From contig NC_092671.1 in NCBI RefSeq assembly GCF_964355755.1, positions 23,696,070-23,760,069 on the forward strand: DNA of 64,000 nucleotides. The letters are read 5' to 3'. Both the position numbers and the translations under genes were made by a program. Of the stretch, positions 25,347 through 38,539 are shown one piece after another. The notes beneath the pieces were generated by a model. That model was not told the DNA's origin and ran no database searches. It saw only the letters and a program-made list of their open reading frames with translations. Each line of letters begins with the position of its first letter. Position 1 is the stretch's first letter. Source of the stretch: Antedon mediterranea. Its lineage: Eukaryota > Animalia > Echinodermata.

Positions 25347-26311
25347 AATGTTTTTCTTTTATTTTGAAAGAGAGATATTTAGAGAGTCAAGTTAATTTAG
25401 GATAATAAATGTAAAAGATTAACAACATCAAAATTCAACAGTGTGGCGTGTAACCGCCGCGAATGACTAACAATTTAATGTCAGAAAAAAAGGAATTATA
25501 ACTCTCTTCGTTACGTGTTTAGAAAAGAATTTATATCTCCTCGTTGGTATGTCGGCGTTGTTATGCAAATGAGTTTGTGACGGTGTAGTGGGAAAGATGC
25601 TATTGTTAGTCATTCAGGATTTGGAAAGTGAAGTGAGTTTTATTTAGAAATATGGGTCTCTCAGCCGGCTATTTTGTAGTCAAACGGCCACAAAAACTGT
25701 AATTCTTGTGCCTTTCCCGTCTTTATATACTAATACGGTCCCATGCAATCGTTATTGATGAAGTAATCTAGGGGGTAATTTAATTACACATTAATTACAG
25801 TATACAAAACACAACAAAATAAGAACACAGGATTAACATTTTGAAATTAAAGATTGTATCTAAGAGCGGAAATAAATGTGATAACTTATTAGGTGAAATA
25901 CAAAATATGAATGAATAAATGTGCTATAATATAAAAACACATTTAAGCAGAAAAGTATGATAGTTGGTAATAAAAATGTAATTAGAAGGAACAAAAACAA
26001 ACATATATCGGTCAATACTGTTTTGTCTTTAAAGTTTTTAAATGGTATTTTAAGATCTGTTTGCCAATGCGTTATACCTATACATTGAATTCCATTCTAC
26101 AAGGTTGATTTATATAAGTTACCATGGTAATTAACGACGTACCCTCTTGTAATAGGATACAAGTTGCATACTAAACTCGGGTTAATATTATAATGTACAT
26201 CGGCGTATACTTTTTAAATGTTAACCCCGATGTTAACATTCACATTTTTAAATACAATGCAATCGTTTGTGTTTAATAACGCTCTTTAATGAGTGTATGA
26301 CTATGACTATG

Positions 26312-26940
26312 TTTTATTTTATAATTATACTTATTTTGAATACACAATTTAATGAAAATGTGAAAAATACACTATTCTAAGAACCAACGTTGGTTAAAGG
26401 AAATGAGCTACACTGATGACTAAATATGTAATTTTATTCATCCTAATTTAGATAAACAATTTTGCTTTATAGAATCCGATTGTTTATTGAGTGTAGATTT
26501 AAATACTTTGATCAATATTATTTCCTTCATTAGACATTTAGATAAGATTTTAAAGTAAATATGTAATGATATGTTGTTTCCTGTTGTTGTATTCATTAAT
26601 GCGAATTGCCAAAGGCAAGGGGGAATTACAAAATTCCTTTATTTTATAATTATACTTATTTTGAATACACAATTTAATGAAAAAGTGAAAAATACACTGT
26701 TCTAAGAACCAACGTTAGTTAAAGGAAATGAGCTACACTGATGACTAAATATGTAATTTTATTCATCCTAATTTAGATAAACAATTTTGCTTTATAGAAT
26801 CCGATTGTTTATTGAGTGTAGATTTAAATACTTTGATCTTTGATCAATATTATTTCCTTCATTAGACATTTAGATAAGATTTTAAAGTAAATATGCAATG
26901 ATATGTTGTTTCCTGTTGTTGTATTCATTAATGTGAATTA
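26312..26940 (+). repeat. ~325 bp near-perfect tandem duplication
   Basis: 26312-26606 is repeated at 26638-26940. Confidence 0.9.
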
Positions 26941-27160
26941 CCTCCATGCTTTAATCTTTGCATTATCTCCTGATATAGCGTACTAGTTAGTTTAAACTAC
27001 ACACATGATCTATGCTATTCCAAATCCACTATAAAATACTATTTATAATGCGACTGTCTCGTCTTTTTATGGCGGACAAAAATAATAGATCTTACCTTAA
27101 CCGCCTGTTATAATTTATATTTATGTGAATCTGATTATTTAAAATATATATATATATATA

Positions 27161-27480
27161 AACACAAGAGGCAAAGAACATTAATTCTAAACCGCCCGGT
27201 GATATACTGAAATTTAATTAATTAATTTGAAACGATAAAGATGAGGAAATCTGTGAGAATGAGAAAAAGTTCCCCCAACCGAGACTCGAACTCGGACCGC
27301 CTGCTTGATATGCAGATGTCCTAACCATTAGACCACTGGGGCTTTCATGGTATTGTTCGAACTCGATTGGATAACGACTCTTTAACATTCTCGGCGTGGT
27401 ACGGCGGAACATCACTAGTCCTCAGTTGTACGCACGCGCAACAGAGATCAAATTGATACGCCCTCATCTTTCAGTATTTT
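27161..27480 (-). mobile_element. tRNA-containing repeat unit, solo copy in (TA)n
   Basis: Reverse complement of 1401-1720; (TA)n on both sides. Confidence 0.9.
27271..27342 (-). tRNA. tRNA-like cloverleaf (ATC) in the repeat unit
   Basis: GCCCCAG...TTGGGGG acceptor stem; intact A and B boxes. Confidence 0.6.
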
Positions 27481-28341
27481 TATATATATATATGTATGAG
27501 AATAGTTATATACTACAGGTATAAATATACAGATATTTACATAATATTGTTGTATAATACCCATAGGCAGTTTCATTTAATCTGATACGAAGTATGAATT
27601 AAAAAAAATTGTATAAATTAATATTGAAAACAAAAAAGAAACGTAACGCAACATGGGTTATATTTAATTCCCTGTCGAGGCTTTTACACCTTCGCGTATC
27701 ACGTTGGCGCCGATTCAATTCAATTAACAATAATAATGTCGAACTGGAGGGATAATGAGATAAGAGAGCTGCTTAAAGTAAGGGGACAAGAAGAAATTTG
27801 TAGCATCTATATTATAAGTGAGAGAGTTTGTCTGTCTGTCTGTCTGTTTGTTTGTTTGTTTGTTCGTTATACAAATTTTTGTTACTGCACATAATCTTAC
27901 ATATGGGGTATCAAAATGACCGCTATTGTACCGGGAATGTTCTAAGATATAGTTCAACATCATCCGCCACCTAGGATCCAAGTTAGGGACCAAAATGTGG
28001 TCAAAACCCCCACTTTCGATGTTTGTTCGTTATACAAATTTCTGTTTCTGCACGTAATCATACGTATGGGGTATCAAAATGATGGCAATTGTACCCGGAA
28101 GGTTTTAAACTACATTAAAAAAAATTCCCCCGACTCCTGGCGTTTTTGTGGGAGGGGTGGGGGCGGGGGGTGGTGTGGTGGTTTGTGATGTCATTTTTTG
28201 CTAGGGCTCGGGGTTGTAGGCTATCGAATTGTAAAATTATACTACAAAAGTTTGACAGTATTTGAATTATCCTCAGCAAGGCGTTTGGGGAAATATAGAT
28301 ATAGATATACATATTTTATTCATTAACCAATATGGCACCTA

Positions 28342-29700
28342 CCCAGCAAACAATATAACGTTTGCAGAACGTTATATGAATGTTTCCATGACGTTATATG
28401 AATGTTATAAGATAATGTTAGGATGACGTGAAAGTGTGGACCCTTTTTTTTGTTAATCGAACGTTATAACTAACGTTAGTTTTAACGTTTAAGAAACGTT
28501 TGTATAACGTTATTTCTGACATTAAAAGTAACCTTTAAAAAATGTTACTTGAATGTTTTGTTTGAACGTAATTTGAACGGTATAAAAATAACGTTAGGAT
28601 AACGTAAAAGTGTGGACCCTTTTTCTGGTTAATCGAATGTTATAACTAACGTTGGTTTTAACATTCAATTAACATTGTTAGAATGTTATTTATTACATTA
28701 AAACTAACTGTTAAAAAACGTTATATTAATGTTTTTCTGAAACGTTATGTGAATAATGTAAAAATAACGTTAAGATGACGTTAAAATGTGGACCCTTTTT
28801 TTGGTTAATTGAACGTTAGAACTAACGTTAGCTTTAACATTCACTTAACATTTTTAGAAAGTTATATATTACATTACAAATAACTGTTAAAAAACGTTAT
28901 ATGAATGTTTTTCTGAAACGTTATGTGAATAATGTAAAAATAACGTTAAGATGACGTTAAAATGTGGACCCTTTTTTTGGTTAATTGAACGTTAGAGCTA
29001 ACGTTAGCTTTAACATTCGCTTAACATTTTTAGAAAGTTATATATTACATTACAAATAACTGTTAAAAAACGTTATATGAATGTTTTTTCTGAAACATTT
29101 CGTGAATAATGTAAAAATAACGTTAAGATAACGTTAAAATGTGGACCCTTTTTTTGGTTAATTGAACGTTAGAACTAACGTTAGCTTTAACATTCACTTA
29201 ACATTTTTAGAAAGTTATATATAATATTACATTACAAATAACTGTTAAAAAACGTTATATAAATGTTTTGTTGAAACGTTGTGAGTAATGTAAAAATAAC
29301 GTTAGGATGACGTTAAAATGTGGATCATTGTTTTAGTTAATTGAACGTTATAGCGAACGTTAGCTTTAACATTTAAATAACGTTTGTGTAACGTTACCTT
29401 TGAAATTAAAAATAACCTTTAAAAAACCTTACTTGAATGTTTTGTTTATACATTATTTGAATGGTTTAAAATATCGTTAAGATGACGTGAAAACGTGGAA
29501 CTATTTTTGGGTTGGCCGAACGTTATAACTAATGTTTGTTTTAACATTCAAACAAGGTTTTTAGAACGTTATATCATTTAGTTTAATGTTTTGTTGAACT
29601 TTATTAAATAAGATAAAATAACGTTAGGTTAACGTGGAATGTGGACCTTTTTTGTTTGGTATAGCCTAACATTTAAAGAACGTTTTTAGAGGGTAATTTA
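28342..29700 (+). repeat. Left subterminal tandem array, ~175 bp unit, ~8 copies
   Basis: TGTGGACC anchor at about 28436, 28611, 28788, 28963, 29140, 29319, 29495 and 29640. Confidence 0.92.
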
Positions 29701-30814
29701 CTGGTGTTCTGAACATATTAGTTTGTTTTATTTTTCACACATTTGTTGGATTGCTTTACAATTTTTTCACAAACGGACAACGCACACAATTCAAATTACC
29801 ATCATTATCATTGAAATAAAATACTTTATTATGGTTTTAATAATATTTAATTATTTTACAAATAACAATACTGTAGGCTTTAAGAAAGAGTACGGCTGGG
29901 TGGGTGGGTCTAGATATATAAGTTAAAAATTAAAATATAGTAGAGGGTGCAATTTATAATACAGTGTTAAAGATAATAAATTAATTATAGAAAGATATAG
30001 CGCTCGACGTTGGCGGCGTCTTTTTTTATTTTAGAGTTAATTGCATGGTTTCCTCATAGAGAGTCATAGCCTCATCACTACCAGTACAGTATGCATTATA
30101 TTTCTAGGCCTACAAGATCTTCTGTTGTATCGTCGTCATCCTCCTCCATTGAATCGTCAATGTTTACAGCCTGTGGAGTTAAAAAGTCATTGTTTAAAAT
30201 AATCATCCTTATTTTTAATTAAGTAGACGTATCTTTTATGGATTTTTTAGGGCGTTAGCGCACTTTCGCACCTCGTCCTCACGGTCTAACCCAATTTAAA
30301 ACATTCACCCGCTGCGCGGCGGTTACAACTTTAATGGTGGGTGAACAGCAGACTACAGGGTTGGGTATAGACTTGCCCCAAGTCTGTATTATCTTTTTTT
30401 TTTATTTATTTGTTTTTACTCGGACCGCGATTTTTGTCTGAAATCAAGTAGTATACGTATGAAACACCATATGTGCCAAAATATTTATCTTTTTACTACT
30501 AATAATATAAATATTAAGACAAAACTTCGTCTGGAACCCAGACTAGGTTGGGTAGGTCAAAGATAATAAAAGGAGAAGAACAACAGTTCCGTTGGCGGCG
30601 TAAACCATATCCGGGTTACTATTTGCCTACGCCTGAAGGTGCGCCACCTTCAGGCGTGGGTAAGGTAAAACTATCTATAAAAATGCAAACGATGATTATT
30701 TATCAAAATGATTATCAAAATATTAATATAATATCAAAATTAGTAGAGCACAGACGCGAGAACACATCAGATCATCACGATCCATCCAAACGTAGAGTGG
30801 AGTTGTGGCGTGGT

Positions 30815-30865
30815 GGTTATGATGCTTGGCTACCACTCCAAGGGTCCTGGGGTCAAGTCCCGTCC
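30815..30865 (+). other. Degenerate tRNA-derived Pol III promoter (SINE head-like)
   Basis: TGGCGTGGTGG (A box-like) and GGGTCAAGTCC (B box-like) at tRNA-like spacing; extent approximate. Confidence 0.4.
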
Positions 30866-31202
30866 ATTGATTGTCAGGATTTTTTCAAAAGACTAAATTA
30901 CAATTCCACTCCAAAAGACTTGTAATAAGACTTTGTTTATGTATCTTGTATATAATGTTTGTCTTGTGAACCTCTGAGGGTCCCTAATGATCAGCAATAG
31001 CTGGATGGATCACCCTCATTAAAATTGTTTAAAAAAAAAAAAACAAACAAAAAACGTGGAATTAGACGGGAACCACATCTAGAGCCTGCCGTCGTTCGGC
31101 TGCTGGATTATTACGCGTCCATGAAAGCACGTCCGCGTTTCCTATCCTTCTACTGTATATATAATAGCGCGTACTGTTGATTCTTTACCTATTTATATTC
31201 TT

Positions 31203-31744
31203 TGGGTAGGTTGGGCAGTATGCGTACCTTTTTATGGCCAGCGGGCGTCCAATTATTGCGCAATATTTTTTTAATGGCAGCGGCCGTGCATGTGAAATAC
31301 GTACAATGCGACAGAGGGCGTTATATTTAAATTTCCCGCGCGAGATGCAAGCCGGCCACGGACCGGGCTGCGTGGATAGCTATGTGTGGATAGCTATGGG
31401 GATCATCGGCCGGCGGAGAGAGTCGGTTTTCATTTTCAAGCATTTCAATTTTTGGCCGTTATTTTCTGTGTCTGGTTTAGAATTTGTTTTGTCCCTGTGA
31501 TGTTTATAATTCACCATATTATATACGGTAGGCCATTATAAAATATGATTTACATTTATTATTAATTAATTATTATATGCCCTCTGTCACATTGTACGTA
31601 TTTCACACGCACGGAGCGGACGCTGCCATTGAAAAAATATTGCGCAATAATTGGACGCCCGCTGGCCATATTGCGCAATATCCGGGACGCCCGCTGGCCA
31701 TAAAAAGGTACGCATACTGGCCAAACCTTCCCAACCCGTATCAC
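31203..31744. mobile_element. MITE with ~120 bp inverted arms (right end ...ATCACA, Ginger-like)
   Basis: 31203-31319 is inverted at 31578-31737; left terminus lost. Confidence 0.65.
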
Positions 31745-31764
31745 AGCAGAGCCATATATATATA

Positions 31765-32170
31765 TAATTCATTCATTCATTCTTTATTTAGCCTTTAAAA
31801 TCGAAATACATTTAATATCGCTGTAGCTCGCAGGCTTGCTTATCCATCCTTAGACATCCAGTACATAAAGATAGATAAAATACACATTAATGATCCTAAT
31901 ATAAATAAATTCTAATTAAGTATTAAGTATAGCCTATTACTACAGTAGCAAATTATTCTTAATTTAGTCAAATTTCAGTACCCAAGGAATTTAATATTTA
32001 TAATGTTCTTTCAATTTCATAGCAAATATATTCGTATTTTCAAGAACTACAGAGTCCTTAATTTCATATGGTAGATTTGACCATAAACGTGGAAACTCAT
32101 TTATAGAGGAGTGTTTTAGTACGTCTGTACGCGGCATATTGATGACTTTGGATACATTAAAAGTGTTTGT
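31765..32170 (-). mobile_element. CR1/L2-group LINE 3' end
   Basis: PRTDVLKHSSINEFPRLWSNLPYEIK; (GAAT)n tail. Confidence 0.65.
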
Positions 32171-32629
32171 GATTCAGAAATATTTTTTTTCTTACCAGTG
32201 TATTTCACTATCCTTATAGGATACAAGGGCCATTTTGGGTCTGGAATTTCATGCCTTTTTTCCCTTGCAACAGTGTAATTTCTAAAAAACAAAAGTTAAA
32301 GTGGTTATCTTTCTATTTTTAATTGTTTTTTCTTCATACAGTGGTACAATACAATAAGTGGCTATAACAAAATACTTACCTCCTGTTTTTTTATTATCCA
32401 TTTTTCTGAGACAATGTCCACTGCCTCTTCATCATCAACAATTACTACGGCAAAGTTAGTCATCTGTGGGAAAAAAATATTATTTTTATGTTTTTATTGT
32501 TTTAATTTAATACATATGTTATATGTCCAACAAATGGCAATGAAAAATTAATTTCATTTTCTTAAATACTATATTAGGTTGAGCATCGTATTGTAAGATC
32601 TACCTAAGTACAGTATAACCGTTTGTTAC

Positions 32630-33930
32630 TCAAAAACCGAACCGAACCAACATAAAAGTGATTGAATCATGTAGTGTACAACCCACTGGGTATATCAATG
32701 TAAAAAAAAAATTTAAATTTCTACTGTTGTTAAAGACCCCTTCCCTGCAATTTTGGACGTTTTTTGGAAAATAATACATATATATCACTTTAAAAACATT
32801 AAACCATGTCATTCCTTGTCTTAAATGTACGTTTTATGGTAAATTATGATAAAAAGTGGGAAACAATGCACTACCTAAGTAGCTCGCGGCGATCGACCTC
32901 TCGTGGACGGTCTTAGGCCTAGCCTAGCTAGGCTTAGTTTTGTAGGCCTAGCTAGCTGGTAAACATCGATAACGTACGAACATCGTACGCTAGCTATATA
33001 CCTAGCCTGACGTTGTATAGTTGCTGCATTAATTGTCTTTCTATTTTTGCCAGACTCCGTTGATACAAATTGGGGAAAACCCGGTATTTTCGCTGAAAAG
33101 TTAGGAGTCTTCCATTTGTTTTGGCTTCACGATCGATCGAAAAGTGGGCGAATTACAGGTGAAAAACAAAAATATCAATCCGCGCGCAATGCATTTTGGG
33201 ATTTATAGCGGGCCTCTATAATTATTAGAATCGATTTATTTTTCACATTTTTAACCGTTTAAAGACGAAAAAAGTTATCGCAATAGGACCATATAGTATT
33301 ATTTTTACATTAAATATAGTTTGTGATCTTAAAATAGATCTAAAAAACGTAGGGAATGGGGCTTTAACTTATTTTTGGGGTAAAACATCATTTTTTGGTC
33401 AAAAATGATTGCTAAACCCCGCAAACCTCCAAAAAACCATAGCAAACCCCACCGAACCAACATAAAAGTGATTGAATAATGTAGTGTACGACCCACTGGG
33501 TATATAAATTATTAAATTTCTACTGTTAACTACTTTTTTGGGGATAAAACATCATTTTTTGGTTAAAAATTAGCAATCATTTTTGACCAAAAAATGATGT
33601 TTTACCCAAAAATAAGTAGTTAACAGTAGAAATTTAATATTTTTTTTACATGGATATACCCTATATACCACTACATGATTGAATCACTTTTATGTTGGTT
33701 CGATGGGGTTTGCTATATTTTTTGGGAGGTTTGCAGGGTTTAGCAATCATTTTTTACCAAAAAATGATGTTTTACCCCAAAAATAATTAGTTAACAGTAA
33801 AAATGTATTATTTTTTTTACATGGATATACCCAGTGGGTTGTACACTACATGATTCAATCACTTTTATGTTGGTTCGATGGGGTTTGCTATGTTTTGTTG
33901 GAGGTTTGTGGGGGTTTGCGGTGTTTAGCA
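32630..33930. repeat. Foldback of ~145 bp units, interrupted by a Kolobok-like MITE
   Basis: CGAACCAACATAAAAGTGATTGAAT forward at 32643 and 33452, inverted at ~33680 and ~33855; diverged relative at 35085-35290. Confidence 0.75.
32734..33363 (-). mobile_element. Kolobok-like MITE, copy 2
   Basis: Reverse complement of 14571-15162 plus ~38 extra bp; TTAA on both sides. Confidence 0.88.
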
Positions 33931-34149
33931 ATACCCATTCTTATTTGTTTCTGTACAGATTTTGATGTCCGAACAAAAAAAATTAGAATTTCAATTATTT
34001 TCAAATTCTTACAATATGTGGTGTGTGTGGTGTGTACAAGCGATCGATAGAATAATGTTGTAGATACCGATGCTGTACCCACAATTTGAATTTCTTGGAA
34101 TCTAAATTTTTTAACATTTTGTAACTTTGTTGAACAAGTAATAATTACT

Positions 34150-34232
34150 TATTTGGTGATTCTTTCTCATTAAATTAACAATCATAAAAATATCACCTAT
34201 AATTCGTCAGAGTGATGATTTAATTTCGAGTT
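34150..34232 (+). mobile_element. Degenerate mini-HINE remnant
   Basis: AAATATCACCTATAATTCGTCAGAGTGATGATTTAATTTCGAGT resembles the 3' end at 3473-3518. Confidence 0.55.
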
Positions 34233-36164
34233 TAATGCTAACATTTGTTTTTAAGAAATCATAAATTAAATCTAGGTATTTTAAGTTCAGTTTAGTTGTT
34301 TTTTAGATTATGTGTACGGTTAAATAATAAATAAGTCAGATTTTTCAAATTATGTAGGTTCATGTAGTAAAATACTTTGTATTTATTCCTAAATTGTGAA
34401 ATAACATTTTCTTAACCCAAGAAACACCGAGGTCTATAATAATGAAGTTAATGTATTTATTTAACAAGTTTAACTGATAATCTATGCATGCAAACATGGT
34501 TTGTTAAGCGTAGCAACATTTGCAAAGAATATAAAAAAAGAAAAAGATTAAAAGTAGAATAAATGTATAAATATAAAAATAAAAGTACTGCATAAAGTAA
34601 AGTAACAAGTTTTGGTAATCTGTCTCCCCGGTCTGTCTCAGAATAAATGTTTACATATGGACAAAACACTGCACAAACAATAACAAATTGTAGCTATGTG
34701 TCACAAATGGGACAGCAAATAAACATGACTTTACAGAAGGTATACATTTATCCTCATTATAAAAGATACTTTTCTGTTTTATATATGTTGCCAGATAGTT
34801 GTTTTATATAACTTACCTGTTTAAATTATAACATTTTATTATTATTTATTTATTTTTATTAAATATGATTTATAATGTCATTGCGGACGAGACATTTTAA
34901 CATCCAAATGGAACACTTTTGTCTAGGTCAAAAAAATATTATAATTTTGCTATTAAAAGAATTGTTTTTGACGCAGCGCAAACTTTTATTTACAATCATC
35001 AATGTAATTCAACCATTGAAACACTGATAAAAGGGGTATTGTTAAATCCTTCAAACATCACAAAAAAACATATTTTTAAACCCTATTGAACCAAAATAAA
35101 AGTGATTGAATCATGTAGTGTACAGTATGACTAAATTGGTATGTCAGTCAAAACAAAAATTTGTTAAAAATTGTTAAATACAGTACTTATTTTTGGGGTA
35201 AAACATCATATTTAAGGTTAAAAATAATTGGGTTAAAAAATGCTGTTTTACCCAAAAATATGTTGTAACAACAAAACTTTCTTTTAAATTGACAAACCAA
35301 GTGGTAGGAAGGTTGTGCACTACTACATATTCAATTCAAAATTCTTTAATCATCCCACACGGGGAAATTCAAATAAAAAGGATCAAAACAAATGTAATAT
35401 TAAACTCAAATTAAAACAAATGAAAAGGGCTATTCATTACCTTAATTTCACAATCAAACAGGTTGCTGTTGCTTCCAAATAGAAGTCAAATTTGTTGTGG
35501 ACCAGCTGATGCTGAACAATGACAACATTTATGAAAGATAATACAGTACAGTATAATAATGTGCAAAGAGATATCAATTGTTGGTCTTGTTAACATTAAA
35601 TGCTAAACAAAGAATGAATTAGTTCAAAAATATAAAACAATTATAGGCTCAATAACTGACCAATCGGATTCAGTTAACTAAAATGATCAACCAATGAAGT
35701 GAATTATAGGCTAATGGCTGTTAACCATAGAGAAAGTCTCCACATGAGTTAACAATTAAGTGGTTTTACACATAAACAATCAGCAAGCAATCTCATGATC
35801 TACGTGTTGTTTAATTCAAATCATGAGACAAAGTTTGTATTAATTACTAATTAATAGAGTAATATAAAAGCCTAACAAAATACTTTTTAATTTAGTTGCA
35901 AACAAGAAATGGTTATTTGATTAATCATGGAGGTAAACTCATTGGCTTCATTTCTTTTAAGTCTAGTTTGCATTTCATTGAATAATGCTAAATTTAACAA
36001 AAGTAACATTACCTAAATTCCATCAGCACTAAATGTGACCATTATGGACCTTTAGATCATGTGGATGCAGTTCCCACCAAGCTGACTTTCTCGTTGAACA
36101 CTTTTAGATTTCACTCAATGACCAAAAACTGGATTACAAAAGACCTCGGCGTAAAATATTTAGG

Positions 36165-36229
36165 TGACGTCAAATCCAAGTCTCACCAACTCTCTAATTC
36201 TAGTGAGAAATAGATCTGACGCATGCGCA
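36165..36229. promoter_or_regulatory. Candidate bidirectional promoter
   Basis: TGACGTCA (CRE) at 36165 and ACGCATGCGCA (NRF1-like) at 36219, lying between minus-strand exon-like segments (from 36013; 35441-35511) and a plus-strand exon (36805-36917, GTGAGT donor). Confidence 0.35.
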
Positions 36230-38136
36230 ACGTCTCAAAATGATGTAATCATCGGCATGTAAATAAAAGTCTTATAATAGTTCAGACTCGCAAAGTTTGT
36301 TTTTTTCAATGGGTTTACTGTTACTGAAGGTCCTTACTTATGACATGGTGCAACATATGTAATCTAATGTTGCTCCATGCTTATATTTTTACCGTAAAAC
36401 TTCTAAAGAACCCTAGGCCCTATGAGATTCTCCTTTTTTTAGGACTCTTGGGTGGGCTTCTTTTCGAGATTACTTTTGCAAACCAAACAGGGTGGGGAGG
36501 CGTTCTTTTTGAGAGCTTCTTTTCGAAAAGAAGCTCAGTGTAAACTACATCTCCCTGGTTCTACTGGGTAGTGTAGTTAATTGTGTTTGGTAAAATTGCT
36601 ATACCACCAGTCCATTGGGAGTGACCTTCTCAGATATCACAAGATTTTATGAGAATTCTATGCTAATCATTGAAGGCTACTTTCAGCATGGGGTATTACT
36701 CCATGCTTTCAGTTAAATATTGTATTGTTATGTTATGATTTCCATTACTAAATTGACATATTCAATTATTTTACACATTTTTTTATATATTTTTGTATAT
36801 TTAGGAAGATACATTCCTGTAGATGGAATCAAACTTTAAAAATTATTGAGACAGCTGCAAAATTTGGTGTCCATGAATATGAACTTGTACTTAATAAATT
36901 ACATCCTTGTGCTAAGGGTGAGTGAATATATAATAATTGTCCCTCTGAAATATTAATTTTTAAAACAATTTATAATAATTAAAATTTAACTCAAATTTGA
37001 TTACTATTGAAGAGTGCTAGGTTTGTACTAATATGTAATAGAGTGTATCATCATGGTATTATTAGCACTTGAAAGTGTTTTAATTTTTGGTTTCTATCCT
37101 TAGGGCACAAGGTATACCATAAGATACAATTATGTTACAATTAAAACATTATAAACTATATGGAACGCTGCTTGCGCAACAATTCAGCGAATTTAATTTC
37201 GCAAGTGTTGTCGCAGGGTGAATGAAATGCTTTAATGATAAACATTTTTTTGTTAAAAGAAACCTAATTTGTCTTTCCTGGCCATGATTTTATCCAGCAT
37301 TTCAAATCATTATTCTAAAAGGCTGATTCTTGCAGCAATGAATTCCATAAATATTTTTGTTCCTACATTACAGTACTGACACTCAAGGCTAATGGTTAAT
37401 GAGGTAACCAATGCATCATTGCTTTCACTAACCAAATTTTCCCTTAGTTTCTCACTTTGATTTCTTTGTATCATAATAATAATCTCCATGATCTCAATTA
37501 TTGTATATAATCTTCTATAACAATAAAATTTATATATTGAATTCATTACAAAAAGAAAAACATTGCTTTTATTGAATCAGATTTTTTATTTATATTTATT
37601 TGGATTTACACCTTTAAATCGGTGGCGCACACACAATATTACGTAACAAATAAGTAATCAAACTATAACATATAACTACAGTAATACAATTCCCACCCCA
37701 CCCCACCCACTTTTATTTCAATTTATTTAATACAGCAATGATACATACTTGTTTCAGAGTAACACTAATACATGAGTAAAAAAACAAATTCCACCTCAAA
37801 ATCTATTCTCATACTCATGGCTTTAGTAGCAATTTTTAGTAGCTTTTATACCATGGATTTCCTCCATGCTTATATGAAAAACTATTGGTTTACAAAAAGC
37901 AAAACACTTAATTTTCCCCAACCTATTTTCCTGTTGAGTTAATCTAAGTTCTATACGGTTCCTCTAATTCTATTTTAGTGATGATAATAGGTGGTGATTG
38001 TGCTCCCATTACTGTACATTCTTGATAAATTGTGCTTTTAGACAATGTATTTAAAGTTTACTAAACACTATATTGGATGATTTTCATATTTGATATTAAA
38101 GTATGTACAGTATTTTGGTTTAGTTAAATCATATTT

Positions 38137-38469
38137 TATGGAACGCCGTTTACGCAACATTTGATGATATGAATTTTATGACGCGATATGTGAATGAAAT
38201 GCATCGATATGAATTGAATGGCGCGATAGTATATGAATGAAATGTTTTGAATTGAATACTTTGAATTGAATGTTTTGAATGAAATGTTTTGAATGAAATG
38301 TTTTGAATTGAAACATTCAAAACATTTCATTCAAAACATTCAATTCAAAGCATTCAATTCAAAACATTTCGTTCATATATCGCGCCATTCAATTCCTATC
38401 GATGCATTTCATTCACATATCGCGTCATAAAATTCATATCATCAAATGTTGCGTAAACGGCGTTCCATA
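38137..38469. mobile_element. Palindromic MITE, IS3EU-like
   Basis: TATGGAACGCC...GGCGTTCCATA; near-perfect hairpin; 6-bp TSD ATATTT. Confidence 0.8.
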
Positions 38470-38539
38470 ATATTTGTTATTATAGATTATTTTTGATCAA
38501 TTTTGTTTATAATGAAAATTTAATACATACCTGTTATTA

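Larger units (their letters stand above)
30096..32463 (-). pseudogene. Two-exon acidic mini-ORF, possibly a relic of an EnSpm accessory gene
   Basis: Exon 32463-32380 (CAG|ATG...GAG|GTAAGT; MTNFAVVIVDDEEAVDIVSEKWIIKKQE) and exon 30170-30096 (CAG|AVNIDDSMEEDDDDTTEDLVGLEI*); phase 0; AATAAA at ~30030. Confidence 0.5.

Noticed and set aside
30975-31045. CTAATGA-TCAGC-AATA-GCTG as a hammerhead
   Set aside because: It lacks GAAA and sits just before a poly(A), as expected for a LINE 3' stem-loop.
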